This document shows positions 9,064 through 17,775 of a stretch of 64,000 nucleotides of DNA, one piece after another. How positions within the stretch are numbered: position 1 is the stretch's first letter; every line of letters starts with the position of its first letter. Under the pieces are notes generated by a model. That model was not told the DNA's origin. It was given only the letters and a program-made list of their open reading frames with translations, and made no database searches. The stretch comes from Terracidiphilus sp. (lineage in GTDB: Bacteria > Acidobacteriota > Terriglobia > Terriglobales > Acidobacteriaceae), in assembly GCA_035549115.1 (NCBI GenBank), contig DASZRQ010000143.1, positions 16,641 through 80,640 on the forward strand. Direction: 5' to 3'. Made by a program: the position numbers and the translations under genes.

Positions 9064-12000
9064 ATGAGAGGACACGTGTATCCACGATTGCATTGCTGGC
9101 TCCATTGTTTGATCGCCTTGACTTTGGTGATCGCGTCCACTGCGGCACGGGCGCAGTCTTCCCCATCCACGGCAACGGCTGAGCTCCATGGCCACGTCAC
9201 TGACCAGACCGGCGCGCTCATCCCCGGCGCGGAGGTGACAGTGACAAACGCCGCCGGAGCTGCTGCGGCCTCGGCAAAAGCCGACGCCAGCGGAGCATTT
9301 ACCGTGCGCGGCCTCGCTCCCGGCGGTTATATCGTCCACGTCGCATTCGCCGGCTTTGCGCCCTTCGATTCGCAACTGATTCAGGTGGCGCCGGGACAGG
9401 CCAAGCGCGTCGATGTCTCGATGGCGGTTGAAGCCGCGCAGCAGAACGTCGTCGTCACGGAGGATTCGCCGACTGTGAGCGTCGATGCGGGTAGCAACGC
9501 CAACTCCGTCGTCATCAAGGGCAAGGACCTTGACGCGCTCTCCGACGATCCCGACGAGCTCTCGAACGAGTTGCAGGCGCTGGCCGGGCCCTCCGCCGGT
9601 CCCAACGGCGGCCAGATTTACATCGACGGCTTTACTGGCGGCCAGCTTCCGCCCAAGTCCGCCATCCGCGAAATTCGCATCAACCAGAATCCCTTCTCCG
9701 CGGAGTTCGACAAGCTCGGCTACGGGCGCATCGAGATTCTCACCAAGCCGGGCACGGACAAGCTGCATGGCCAGTTCTTCGCCATGGGCAACGACAAGTC
9801 GTTCAACACCGGCAATCCCTTCACCGCCGATATCCCCGACTATGACAGCTACCAGTTCAACGGATCGCTGAGCGGATCGCTCTCCAAATGGGCCTCCTTC
9901 TTCGTGAGCGCACAGCAGCGCAACACCTCGGACGCCTATGTCTATACGGCGCGGCTCTCGGATACGGATGTGGAGAAAGGCGGCGTCTACAGCCCGCGCG
10001 TGCGTACCAATATTGCGCCGCGTCTCGATCTGCAGCTCGGCCAGCGCAATACCCTCACGCTGCGCTATCAGATGTGGCGCGACGGCGAGAGCGGCGTGCT
10101 GGGAGGCACCACCTCCCTGCCCTCGCAGGCCACCGGGTCCACGTCCTATGAGCACACCGTGCAGGCGAGCGATGCCTTCGTCATCAACGATCACATCGTG
10201 AACGAGACTCGCTTCCAATACATCCGCAACAGCGCGAACGATACTTCGGTCAGCTCCGCGCCACAGGTGTCCGTGCCCGGCTATTTTTCCAGCGGCGGCT
10301 CCAACAGCCAGTTTTCGAGCGATCATGAGGATCACTTCGAGCTGTGGAATGAAACCACAATGAGCGCCGGCGCGCATGCCATCAAATTCGGCACGCGCCT
10401 GCGCGATCTGCGTGTGGCCAACTCCACCAGCGCGAATTTCAATGGCTCTTTCAGCTTCACTTCGATCACAGCCTACAACGCAATGCTCGCGGCTCTCGCT
10501 GACGGCGAGACCTTCGCCGAGATCGCCGCGTCACCGGAGTGCACCTCGCCCGGAACAGCCGACCCCAGCGATCCCTGCGCACTGCCCAACCGCCTCACTT
10601 ACACCACTGGCCCGCTGGGCGCAAAAGCCAACGTCTTCGATGCGGCCCTGTTCTTCCAGGATGACTGGAAGGTGAGCCGGTTGCTCACGCTCTCCGGCGG
10701 CATCCGCTGGGAGTCGCAGAATCACGTCAGCGACCACAACGACTGGGCCCCGCGTGTTGCCTTCGCTTATGCGCTCGACGGCCACAAAAAAGGTACGCAG
10801 ACCAAAACCGTGTGGCGCGGCGGCTACGGCATCTTCTATGACCGCTTCTCGACAGAGAATCTGCTCTCCATCGCCCGTCAGAATGGCTCGGCAGATGCGC
10901 AGAATCAGACCGTCATCTCCAATCCCACATGCTTCGATGCAAACAGCCTGAGCAACATCGATCTTTCTTCATGTGGCACGCCCTCGTCCACTTCCACAAC
11001 CATCGTCCAGGTCTCACCCAGCTATCGTTCGCCTTATGCACAGCAGATCGGTACCAGCATCGAGCGCCAGGTGACCAAGACCATCACCAGCACGGTCACT
11101 TATCTGCGCTCCTTCGGCGTGCATCAGCTTGTCACGCGCGACGCCAACGCCTACCTGCCGGGCACGTACCAGTTTGGCAGCGACACGCTCACCGGCATCC
11201 GGCCCGATCCCTCGCTGGGACTCGTGAACCAGTTCTATCCCGAAGCGGTCTTCAAGCAGAACCAGGTCATCGTCAATCTGAATGCGCGCATCAGTCCCCG
11301 GCTCGGCATCTTCGGCTTCTATAACTGGACCCAGGCCAAATCCGACGGCGGCGCAGGCGGCGAGGTCTCGAACTCCTACAACCTGAGCCAGGATTATGGC
11401 CGCGCCTCCTTCGCCTCCACCAACATGGTTTTCCTCATGGCCAACTACACGGCTCCTTACGGCATCCGCGTCAACCCGTTTCTCATCGCGCAGTCCGGCA
11501 AGCCCTACAACATCACGACCAACAACGATCTGACCGGGGATAACTTCTTCAACAACCGCCCCGCTCTGGCAGATAGCTCTCTGTGCGATGGAGAGTCCAC
11601 ACAGTATGTGCCTACGCAGTTCGGGTGCCTTGATACAACTCCCGCCGATAATGCCACACCGATTGGCATCAATCTCGGTAACGGGCCTGCGGCGGTTGCG
11701 CTCAATCTGCGGCTGAGCCGCTCCTTCGGCATCGGCCCAAAGACGGAATCTGCCGCGCAGGGCGGATTCGGCGGCGGTCCGCATGGCGGCGGAGGTGGAC
11801 GCGGTGGCGGCGGCCACGGAGGTGGGTTAGGTCCCGGCGGACTAAACGGCGGTGGCGGTCCACCGCGCGGCATGTTCGGCGACCAGGGCCCCAGCCGCAA
11901 ATACAGCCTCACCTTCAGCGCGCAGGCTCTCAATCTCTTCAACAATATCGACTACGGCACGCCTTCTGGAGTTTTGGTGCCTACACCGGACGCGGATACT

Positions 12001-12120
12001 GGTGCGATAACGCCAGGCGATCGCTTCGGACACTCCTACAGCCTTGCCAAAGGGATATTTTCCTCGCCCACCAGCTCGGCCGCTCGTCGTATCTACTTCC
12101 AGGCCGAGTTCTCGTTCTAA
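9064..12120 (+). CDS. Outer-membrane beta-barrel protein with N-terminal carboxypeptidase-regulatory-like domain (TonB-dependent receptor-like)
   Basis: Signal peptide, LHGHVTDQTGALIPGAEVTV domain, FSAEFDKLGYGRIEI plug-like motif, alternating beta-strands, C-terminal Phe (QAEFSF). Start ATG 9064 or GTG 9076. Confidence 0.85.
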   Translation: MRGHVYPRLHCWLHCLIALTLVIASTAARAQSSPSTATAELHGHVTDQTGALIPGAEVTVTNAAGAAAASAKADASGAFTVRGLAPGGYIVHVAFAGFAPFDSQLIQVAPGQAKRVDVSMAVEAAQQNVVVTEDSPTVSVDAGSNANSVVIKGKDLDALSDDPDELSNELQALAGPSAGPNGGQIYIDGFTGGQLPPKSAIREIRINQNPFSAEFDKLGYGRIEILTKPGTDKLHGQFFAMGNDKSFNTGNPFTADIPDYDSYQFNGSLSGSLSKWASFFVSAQQRNTSDAYVYTARLSDTDVEKGGVYSPRVRTNIAPRLDLQLGQRNTLTLRYQMWRDGESGVLGGTTSLPSQATGSTSYEHTVQASDAFVINDHIVNETRFQYIRNSANDTSVSSAPQVSVPGYFSSGGSNSQFSSDHEDHFELWNETTMSAGAHAIKFGTRLRDLRVANSTSANFNGSFSFTSITAYNAMLAALADGETFAEIAASPECTSPGTADPSDPCALPNRLTYTTGPLGAKANVFDAALFFQDDWKVSRLLTLSGGIRWESQNHVSDHNDWAPRVAFAYALDGHKKGTQTKTVWRGGYGIFYDRFSTENLLSIARQNGSADAQNQTVISNPTCFDANSLSNIDLSSCGTPSSTSTTIVQVSPSYRSPYAQQIGTSIERQVTKTITSTVTYLRSFGVHQLVTRDANAYLPGTYQFGSDTLTGIRPDPSLGLVNQFYPEAVFKQNQVIVNLNARISPRLGIFGFYNWTQAKSDGGAGGEVSNSYNLSQDYGRASFASTNMVFLMANYTAPYGIRVNPFLIAQSGKPYNITTNNDLTGDNFFNNRPALADSSLCDGESTQYVPTQFGCLDTTPADNATPIGINLGNGPAAVALNLRLSRSFGIGPKTESAAQGGFGGGPHGGGGGRGGGGHGGGLGPGGLNGGGGPPRGMFGDQGPSRKYSLTFSAQALNLFNNIDYGTPSGVLVPTPDADTGAITPGDRFGHSYSLAKGIFSSPTSSAARRIYFQAEFSF

Positions 12121-12135
12121 TCACGCTGCATACAC

Positions 12136-12168
12136 AAGGGCCGAGGCATTTCGCCTCGGCCCTTTCTC
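12136..12168 (+). terminator. Intrinsic terminator between convergent genes
   Basis: 12-bp perfect stem AAGGGCCGAGGC (12136-12147) / GCCTCGGCCCTT (12153-12164) followed by T residues. Confidence 0.8.
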
Positions 12169-12178
12169 ATTGCACGCA

Positions 12179-14797
12179 TTACCGCCCGGCGCGGATGGTT
12201 GTCGCCGGTGTGGTTGAAAATGCATCCGTCAGCGAGATCGCGTGCATCTGCGCTTTCAGCATCTCCAGAGATGCGCTAGTAGTCGCCGTAATCTCCACTG
12301 TTTCGCCTGGCAAAATGTTGAAGTAGTTATCCGAGAGCTGCACATCGAGCGCGCCGAAGGAGAGAGACACACTGCGCGCCAGCACAGGCGATGAAACCCG
12401 CAGGGTGTACTTTCCGCCGGAACCGCTCGTCTCCACGGTCAGGTGTGCCGGCTTCAGCCGTATATTCTTCGTCGGCGCGAGATAAATCAGGTTCCGCGAG
12501 AGCTCCGTGTTCCCTGCCGTCAGGTCCGCGGCGACAAAAACCCGCGACGTATCAGCGCCGCCGGCCTGCGCCAGCTTTGCGAGCGGCCAGTCGAGATACA
12601 CTTTGCTCGCCAGCGGATCGACGTTGATATCGTGCTTCTCTTCAAGCAGCACTTTGCCGTCAAAGTCTATCAACCGCACGCGCAGCGTCGCAGTCTGCGC
12701 CGCCGTCTTGTCGGAGACAACGTACACACGCACAGCCCCGTTCTCAATGTGCGGCGAAACCAGAACCGGCGCATAGAACCGTCGCGCGTAGTACTGCAGC
12801 GCCTTCCAGCGCCCATAGTAGTCAATCGACGACCATGACGCCACCGGCCAGCAGTCGTTCAACTGCCAGAAGATCGAGCCCATCGTATCCGGCCGCGAGC
12901 GCCGGAAGTGCTCCGCGCCAATCTTGATCCCCTCGGCCTGCAGCACCTGGCTCACATAAAGAAAACTCGCGAAATCCTTCGGCTCAGGATAGTCCTTGAG
13001 CAGATAGTCATGGATGATCGCGTTGCCTTCGTTGTTCTTCTGGTGCGCCAGCATCACCGGCGTAAAGATGCTGGTGCGGTCCTCCGGCTGCGTAAAGGCC
13101 TCGATCGTCCGCATCTCCGGGAAAGACTGAAAGCCATACTCGGTCACAAAGCGCGCATTGTGCGTTTCGTAAGTCGAGAACGGCACGCGCCCGTGCCATA
13201 CATCCCAGATGTGCGCATCGCCGCTCTGATATGCCGGACTCAGCTCTTCGTAGTCCGCGCTCGGCGAGCTCGGCCAGTACGGAATCTCCGGCTCCAGCCG
13301 CGCCACCACCCTATTCAGAATGCCGCTGAACTCCGTTAGGTAGTCCTGCCACATTTTGAAGCGCACATCTGCGGGCAGCGTGGTGCGCGGTCCCCAGCCC
13401 ATGGCCATCTCCGTCTCGTTATTGCCGCACCACAGCACAATGCTCGGATGATTCCTCAGCCGCCTCACCTGGTCGTCGGCCTCGGCCTCGATCGTCTGCT
13501 TGAATGCGTAAGTGCCCGGCTGCCAGTCGTTGCCAAACATGAAGTCCTGCCATACCATGATGCCCAGCTCGTCGGCAATCTCGTAGAACTCGTCGCTCTC
13601 GTAGTAGCCGCCGCCCCAGTGGCGAATCATGTTCATGTTCGCATCGCGCGCCGACTCGAGAATGCGTCTGTAGTCCGCCTCCGTCACCCGATTCGGAAAG
13701 CTGTCGAAGGGAATCACGTCCGCGCCCTTGGCAAAGACAGGAATGCCGTTGACGATGAACTGAAAGCTGCGTCCCCACTGGTCGAGATGCCGGTCGAGCA
13801 CGATGGAGCGCAGGCCCGTCTTCGTTGCGCGCGCATCCACCGTCTGGCAGCCAATCGTCGCCTTCGCCGTAAAGGCATACAGCGGCTGATCGCCGTAGCC
13901 CGCCGGATACCACAGCTTTGGCTGGCGAATCTCAATCGGAATATCGACGACGTTGCTGCCCGGATGCAGCAGTACCGCGCGCGTCGCGTTTGTCTCTGCG
14001 CCGCCAGTGCCATAGGTCACCGCAATCTGTGCCGTCGTATTCGTTGAGGCCTGCACTTCGACCTCGGCATCCACGTGCGCCACTTCATTGCTCACGTCGC
14101 GCTGCCGGATGGCAAAGTCGGCGATGCGCATCTTGTCCCATGCTTCGAGCCGCACCGGCTTCCAGATGCCGCTCGTCACACAGCGCGGACCCCAGTCCCA
14201 GCCGTACTCATACGCAGGCTTGCGAATGTAGGTCTTTGCATCCACCTTCGTCCGCTGCCACCACGGGTCCGCCGCGGCCACTTGCTGCGCGGCCTGGATC
14301 GGCGAAGGAAACACGATGCGCAGTTGATTCGCGCCTGCATGCAGATGGCTCTTTGCCGGCACGCGCCAGATGCGGAAGGCATCGTCCGGCCGCAGCACCT
14401 CTGTCCCGTTCAGGTAGACAGTCGCCGCTGAATCGACGCCATCGAAAACGAGATCGACGTTGCTGCGCGTCAGCAGGGCCGCCGTCACGTTGAACGTGAT
14501 GCGATACTCCCAGCTCGCATCCTCAATCCATTGCAGCTTCGCTTCGTTGTCGCGATAGAACGGATCGGGAATCTTCTTGTTCGCCAGCAGGTCGAGATGC
14601 ACATCGCCGGGCACGGTTGCCGGCAGCCATCCGGCTTCGGCCGTCTGCCCCGCGGCAATCTGGCGGAACTGCCAGCCATGATCGAGCGCCAGCACGGCGT
14701 TCTGCGCGCGGGGTGTCTGCGCAGCAGAGGAAGAAACGATGGCAACGAAAGAAAGCAGGACAAGGCAGGCAAGAACAGCGCGCGCAACTCGACGCAT
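12179..14797 (-). CDS. Secreted beta-mannosidase (GH2)
   Basis: Signal peptide from ATG 14797 with GAGGAG SD; YEYGWDWGP, NMIRHWGGGYYE, HPSIVLWCGNNE (acid/base), FVTEYGFQSFP (nucleophile), QLNDCWP. Confidence 0.92.
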   Translation of the reverse strand: MRRVARAVLACLVLLSFVAIVSSSAAQTPRAQNAVLALDHGWQFRQIAAGQTAEAGWLPATVPGDVHLDLLANKKIPDPFYRDNEAKLQWIEDASWEYRITFNVTAALLTRSNVDLVFDGVDSAATVYLNGTEVLRPDDAFRIWRVPAKSHLHAGANQLRIVFPSPIQAAQQVAAADPWWQRTKVDAKTYIRKPAYEYGWDWGPRCVTSGIWKPVRLEAWDKMRIADFAIRQRDVSNEVAHVDAEVEVQASTNTTAQIAVTYGTGGAETNATRAVLLHPGSNVVDIPIEIRQPKLWYPAGYGDQPLYAFTAKATIGCQTVDARATKTGLRSIVLDRHLDQWGRSFQFIVNGIPVFAKGADVIPFDSFPNRVTEADYRRILESARDANMNMIRHWGGGYYESDEFYEIADELGIMVWQDFMFGNDWQPGTYAFKQTIEAEADDQVRRLRNHPSIVLWCGNNETEMAMGWGPRTTLPADVRFKMWQDYLTEFSGILNRVVARLEPEIPYWPSSPSADYEELSPAYQSGDAHIWDVWHGRVPFSTYETHNARFVTEYGFQSFPEMRTIEAFTQPEDRTSIFTPVMLAHQKNNEGNAIIHDYLLKDYPEPKDFASFLYVSQVLQAEGIKIGAEHFRRSRPDTMGSIFWQLNDCWPVASWSSIDYYGRWKALQYYARRFYAPVLVSPHIENGAVRVYVVSDKTAAQTATLRVRLIDFDGKVLLEEKHDINVDPLASKVYLDWPLAKLAQAGGADTSRVFVAADLTAGNTELSRNLIYLAPTKNIRLKPAHLTVETSGSGGKYTLRVSSPVLARSVSLSFGALDVQLSDNYFNILPGETVEITATTSASLEMLKAQMHAISLTDAFSTTPATTIRAGR

Positions 14798-14858
14798 GCG
14801 GGCTCCTCGAAGGGCGGCAAACTTCGAGGACCAGCCTACCATGCACCCTGCACAGTCT

Positions 14859-15335
14859 TCAGTTTGCCTCCTTTGAGGCAAAGCGCCGCTTCAGCAGCGT
14901 ATCAACGGCAAAAAATCCCGGCCCGAGAATCAGAATCAGCAGCGCGGCAAACCAGTAGGTATAGGGCGTCGCATTGTAGAAGTCTTCCGGGTTCGAAAGA
15001 ATGTGCGAGAAGTTCACGCGATCGTCCGGCACGCTCAGGTAGGCCACCGTCATGTTCACAAACAGTACCAGCGAGGTGAACCGCGATGCGATGCCAAGCA
15101 GAAACAGGATGCCGCCAAAGAGTTCGACGCTTGCGCACATCAGCGCCGTCATATGAGGCATGGGCAGATTCAGAGACGTGAAATATTCGGTCACGCGGCC
15201 CAGATGCGTCAGCTTGCCCCAGCCGTCCTGCGCAAACTGCCAGCCCCAGTAGAGGCGAATGGCAAGCAGCAGCGGGCTCTGCAGCCGTGCCAGCAGCGCG
15301 GAGACGCGCGCATAGAGGCTCACAATCGTGTGCAT
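14859..15335 (-). CDS. DoxX family membrane protein (BufD/HvfX-like)
   Basis: LAIRLYWGWQFAQDGWGKL, SVELFGGILFLLGIASR, LILGPGFFAVD; last gene of the DUF692 operon. Confidence 0.9.
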   Translation of the reverse strand: MHTIVSLYARVSALLARLQSPLLLAIRLYWGWQFAQDGWGKLTHLGRVTEYFTSLNLPMPHMTALMCASVELFGGILFLLGIASRFTSLVLFVNMTVAYLSVPDDRVNFSHILSNPEDFYNATPYTYWFAALLILILGPGFFAVDTLLKRRFASKEAN

Positions 15336-15362
15336 GACGTTCCTTTCTTAAGGAAGAGATTG

Positions 15363-16274
15363 TTAATCGGCGATCAGCGGCTCAAGCTCGGGTGCGCAGA
15401 TCCATCCAAGCTCGGCCCAGCGCGCGAACCATGTCTGGATATGCTTCGGCCGCTGCTCCTGAGCCATGCGCGATGTGGCAAAGCCCGCCTCGAGCGCCTC
15501 GGCAAGCGGCAGTCCATCGCCGATCGCCGTCAGCGTCAGGAACTCCTCGCGCAGCAGCCGCAGATAGTAGACCGAGTCCTCCACGCGGTGCGCGGCAAGC
15601 CATGTGGCCCTCCGCCGCAGCTTGGGCAGTTTCGCCGGCGGCGTATCCGGGTCGTCGTCGGGAATGCTCGCCTCCGTCGTCTGCTTCTTCTCGCGCTTGT
15701 GCAGCTTCAGCACAAGATCGTCCGCGGGATACTCGAGCGGAATCAGCCGCAGGTGCGGCTGCAGGGCCAGCCGCGATCCGGCATCGAGCGTCGCAATCTG
15801 CTCCAGCGTCAGCGGCGGGCGTTCCGCGTTATCGAACGCCTCGATAAACGCCCACTCGATGCGTGCCACATCCACGGCCAGCCGGTGACGCCTTCCGGTG
15901 AACTCCGCATGCTGCGCGAGCCACGCCGGGAGGTGCGAGCCGAGATTGCGCAACGTGAACGAGCGGCTGGGGTGCGCCGTGAGGTACGCGACAGACAGCG
16001 CATGGAACACCCGCGCGCCGGCGACCGAACGAAGCGCGGGAAAATCCTCTGCCAGGGCATGCAGCACCCGGAACCAGTACTGCCGGTTATAGAGCTCCAG
16101 CCGCTCGAAAGCAGTGAGCCTGCTGTTAGGCGCAATGAACGACTCCGCCACCGAACGCATTGCCCGTCCGTCGTTGCTGACGGTCTGCATCTCCTCGTCT
16201 TCCGTCAGCGGCTGCATCACCGCGGCGGCCATGGTGCGCTGCAGCTCGGCCAGGGTCATGGCAGGCGCGGTCAT
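15363..16274 (-). CDS. DUF2063 MNIO partner protein (BufC/HvfC-like)
   Basis: RLELYNRQYWFRVLHALAEDFPALR...YLTAHPSRSFTLRNLG...DVARIEWA; ATGA-coupled to the DUF692 gene. Confidence 0.88.
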   Translation of the reverse strand: MTAPAMTLAELQRTMAAAVMQPLTEDEEMQTVSNDGRAMRSVAESFIAPNSRLTAFERLELYNRQYWFRVLHALAEDFPALRSVAGARVFHALSVAYLTAHPSRSFTLRNLGSHLPAWLAQHAEFTGRRHRLAVDVARIEWAFIEAFDNAERPPLTLEQIATLDAGSRLALQPHLRLIPLEYPADDLVLKLHKREKKQTTEASIPDDDPDTPPAKLPKLRRRATWLAAHRVEDSVYYLRLLREEFLTLTAIGDGLPLAEALEAGFATSRMAQEQRPKHIQTWFARWAELGWICAPELEPLIAD

Positions 16275-17131
16275 TGCGCAGCCTCCGCAAGCTGTCCAGC
16301 ATGCTTGTGCAGGTAGCGCTCGGCCTTCTTCGCTTCCGCATGCACCTCGTCGAAGCTAGGAATGTGATCGTCCCACTCCAGCAGCGTCGGCGTAGCTCCG
16401 CAGCGCTCGATGGCGCGCGCATAAAGCTGCCACACCGGGTCGATCACCGGATGATCGTGCGTATCGAGAATGTACTTTTCATACCGCGAGTGCCCGGCGA
16501 TGTGAATCTGCGCCACGCGGTGCGCCGGAATCGCGTTGACGTACTCTATCGGCTCGAACTCGTGATTCACCGACGAGACATAGATGTTGTTCACATCCAG
16601 CAGAATCCCGCAGTCGGCCCGCTCCACCACTTCGTTCAGGAACTCCCACTCCGTCATCTGCGAATCGGTGAACTCCGCATACGAGCTCACGTTCTCCACC
16701 GCCACGGGAATCTCCAGGAAGTCCTGCACCATGCGCACGCGCTCGGCGGTGCGCTCCACGGCCTCCCAGGTATAGGGCAGCGGCAGCAGGTCATGGGTAT
16801 AGGTTCCATCCACGCTGCCCCAGCACAGGTGGTCGCTCAGCCACGGTGTGCCCGTGCGGCGCACAAGCTGCTTCAGCCGGCGCAGGTGCTCGGGGTCCGG
16901 CGCGGTCGCCGAGCCAAAGTACATCGACACCCCATGCTGCACCACGCGGTAGCGTTCGAGAATCTGGTCGAGCACCGCCAGCGGGCGTCCCGCATCGACC
17001 ATGAAATTCTCGGAGATGATCTCGAACCAGTCGACTACCGGCTTGCGCGAAAAGATGTGCTGGTAATGCGGAATGCGCAGACCGATGCCGATGCCGTGAT
17101 CCTGATGCGCGTTGAATCGATTGCCGGGCAT
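16271..17131 (-). CDS. DUF692 multinuclear non-heme iron oxidative enzyme (MNIO; BufB/HvfB-like)
   Basis: GIGLRIPH, WFEIISENF, HGVSMYFGS, WLSDHLCW, DLLPLP, VENVSSY, LLDVNNIYVS, QIHIAGH, DTHD, LLEWD. Confidence 0.96.
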   Translation of the reverse strand: MPGNRFNAHQDHGIGIGLRIPHYQHIFSRKPVVDWFEIISENFMVDAGRPLAVLDQILERYRVVQHGVSMYFGSATAPDPEHLRRLKQLVRRTGTPWLSDHLCWGSVDGTYTHDLLPLPYTWEAVERTAERVRMVQDFLEIPVAVENVSSYAEFTDSQMTEWEFLNEVVERADCGILLDVNNIYVSSVNHEFEPIEYVNAIPAHRVAQIHIAGHSRYEKYILDTHDHPVIDPVWQLYARAIERCGATPTLLEWDDHIPSFDEVHAEAKKAERYLHKHAGQLAEAAQ

Positions 17132-17165
17132 AGAGGAAACCAGGGGCGATTGAATCGGGAGGAGG

Positions 17166-17205
17166 AGAGGAGGGCCAGCTTACGCAGCAGCGCTGGCCCT
17201 CCCCT
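17166..17205 (-). promoter_or_regulatory. Intercistronic stem-loop between precursor and MNIO genes
   Basis: GAGGGCCAGC (17170-17179) / GCTGGCCCTC (17192-17201) perfect 10 bp, extendable to 14 bp with one G-U pair in the minus-strand RNA. Confidence 0.7.
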
Positions 17206-17220
17206 GGAACCAGATTGGAG

Positions 17221-17520
17221 TTAGGCGAACTTCGGCATGTGAGAGCCGTCGGTGGCGCAGCCGCCCTTGCCCTTGCAGCTATTCTTGCCCTTGCAGCCGT
17301 TGTCGCTGGACTTGCAGCCGCCCTGGCCCTTGCAATCGTTCTTGCCCTTGCAGGAGTGCTTGGCGGGTTTGTCGGCGCCGGTGTAGCGCAGGCCGGCCTT
17401 GGCCACCTTGGCCGAGGTGCCTTGCGCCGTCGTCGCCGGCGTTGCAGCAGCCGCAACAGTTCCGCCCATCAAACCGGAGAGAGCAGCGGTGAGCAACATC
17501 GCGTTCAGTTGGTTCTTCAT
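17221..17520 (-). CDS. Secreted Cys-rich RiPP precursor, bufferin-like (99 aa)
   Basis: ATG 17520 with GAGGT SD; Sec-type signal MKNQLNAMLLTAALSGLMGGTVAAAA; core CKGKNDCKGQGGCKSSDNGCKGKNSCKGKGGC; directly upstream of DUF692-DUF2063-DoxX. Confidence 0.9.
   Translation of the reverse strand: MKNQLNAMLLTAALSGLMGGTVAAAATPATTAQGTSAKVAKAGLRYTGADKPAKHSCKGKNDCKGQGGCKSSDNGCKGKNSCKGKGGCATDGSHMPKFA
17257..17352 (-). repeat. Two 39-nt coding repeats with 57-nt period in the precursor core
   Basis: 17257-17295 vs 17314-17352 are identical at 34 of 39 positions by hand comparison; both encode CKGKNxCKGxGGC. Confidence 0.95.
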
Positions 17521-17620
17521 GATTGACCTCGCTTGGGGGGTTGGGGCGGAGAAGGTCCGCCGGTTGCGACGACACAGGTGGCTCAGGCGCCTGCCTGCGG
17601 CTAATTGGCACGCACCCTTT

Positions 17621-17647
17621 GATTGGGCGCATGCGCGAAAGGTTACA
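17621..17647 (-). promoter_or_regulatory. Candidate ECF-sigma promoter of the precursor operon
   Basis: Minus strand TGTAACC-N16-AATC about 100 nt upstream of the precursor ATG. GTAACC matches the -35 of SigF/ECF16-type promoters; the -10 is non-canonical. Confidence 0.4.
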
Positions 17648-17775
17648 GACAGAGTGTGGCATGGGTCCATATTTTTTTATAGCCGGATTCCTGTTGTGCC
17701 AATGCGGACTGCGGCCATGTCAAACCGGTTGCGCCGTGCTCGGGTACATTACCCTGTAGGCTGCCGCACGTCAGA

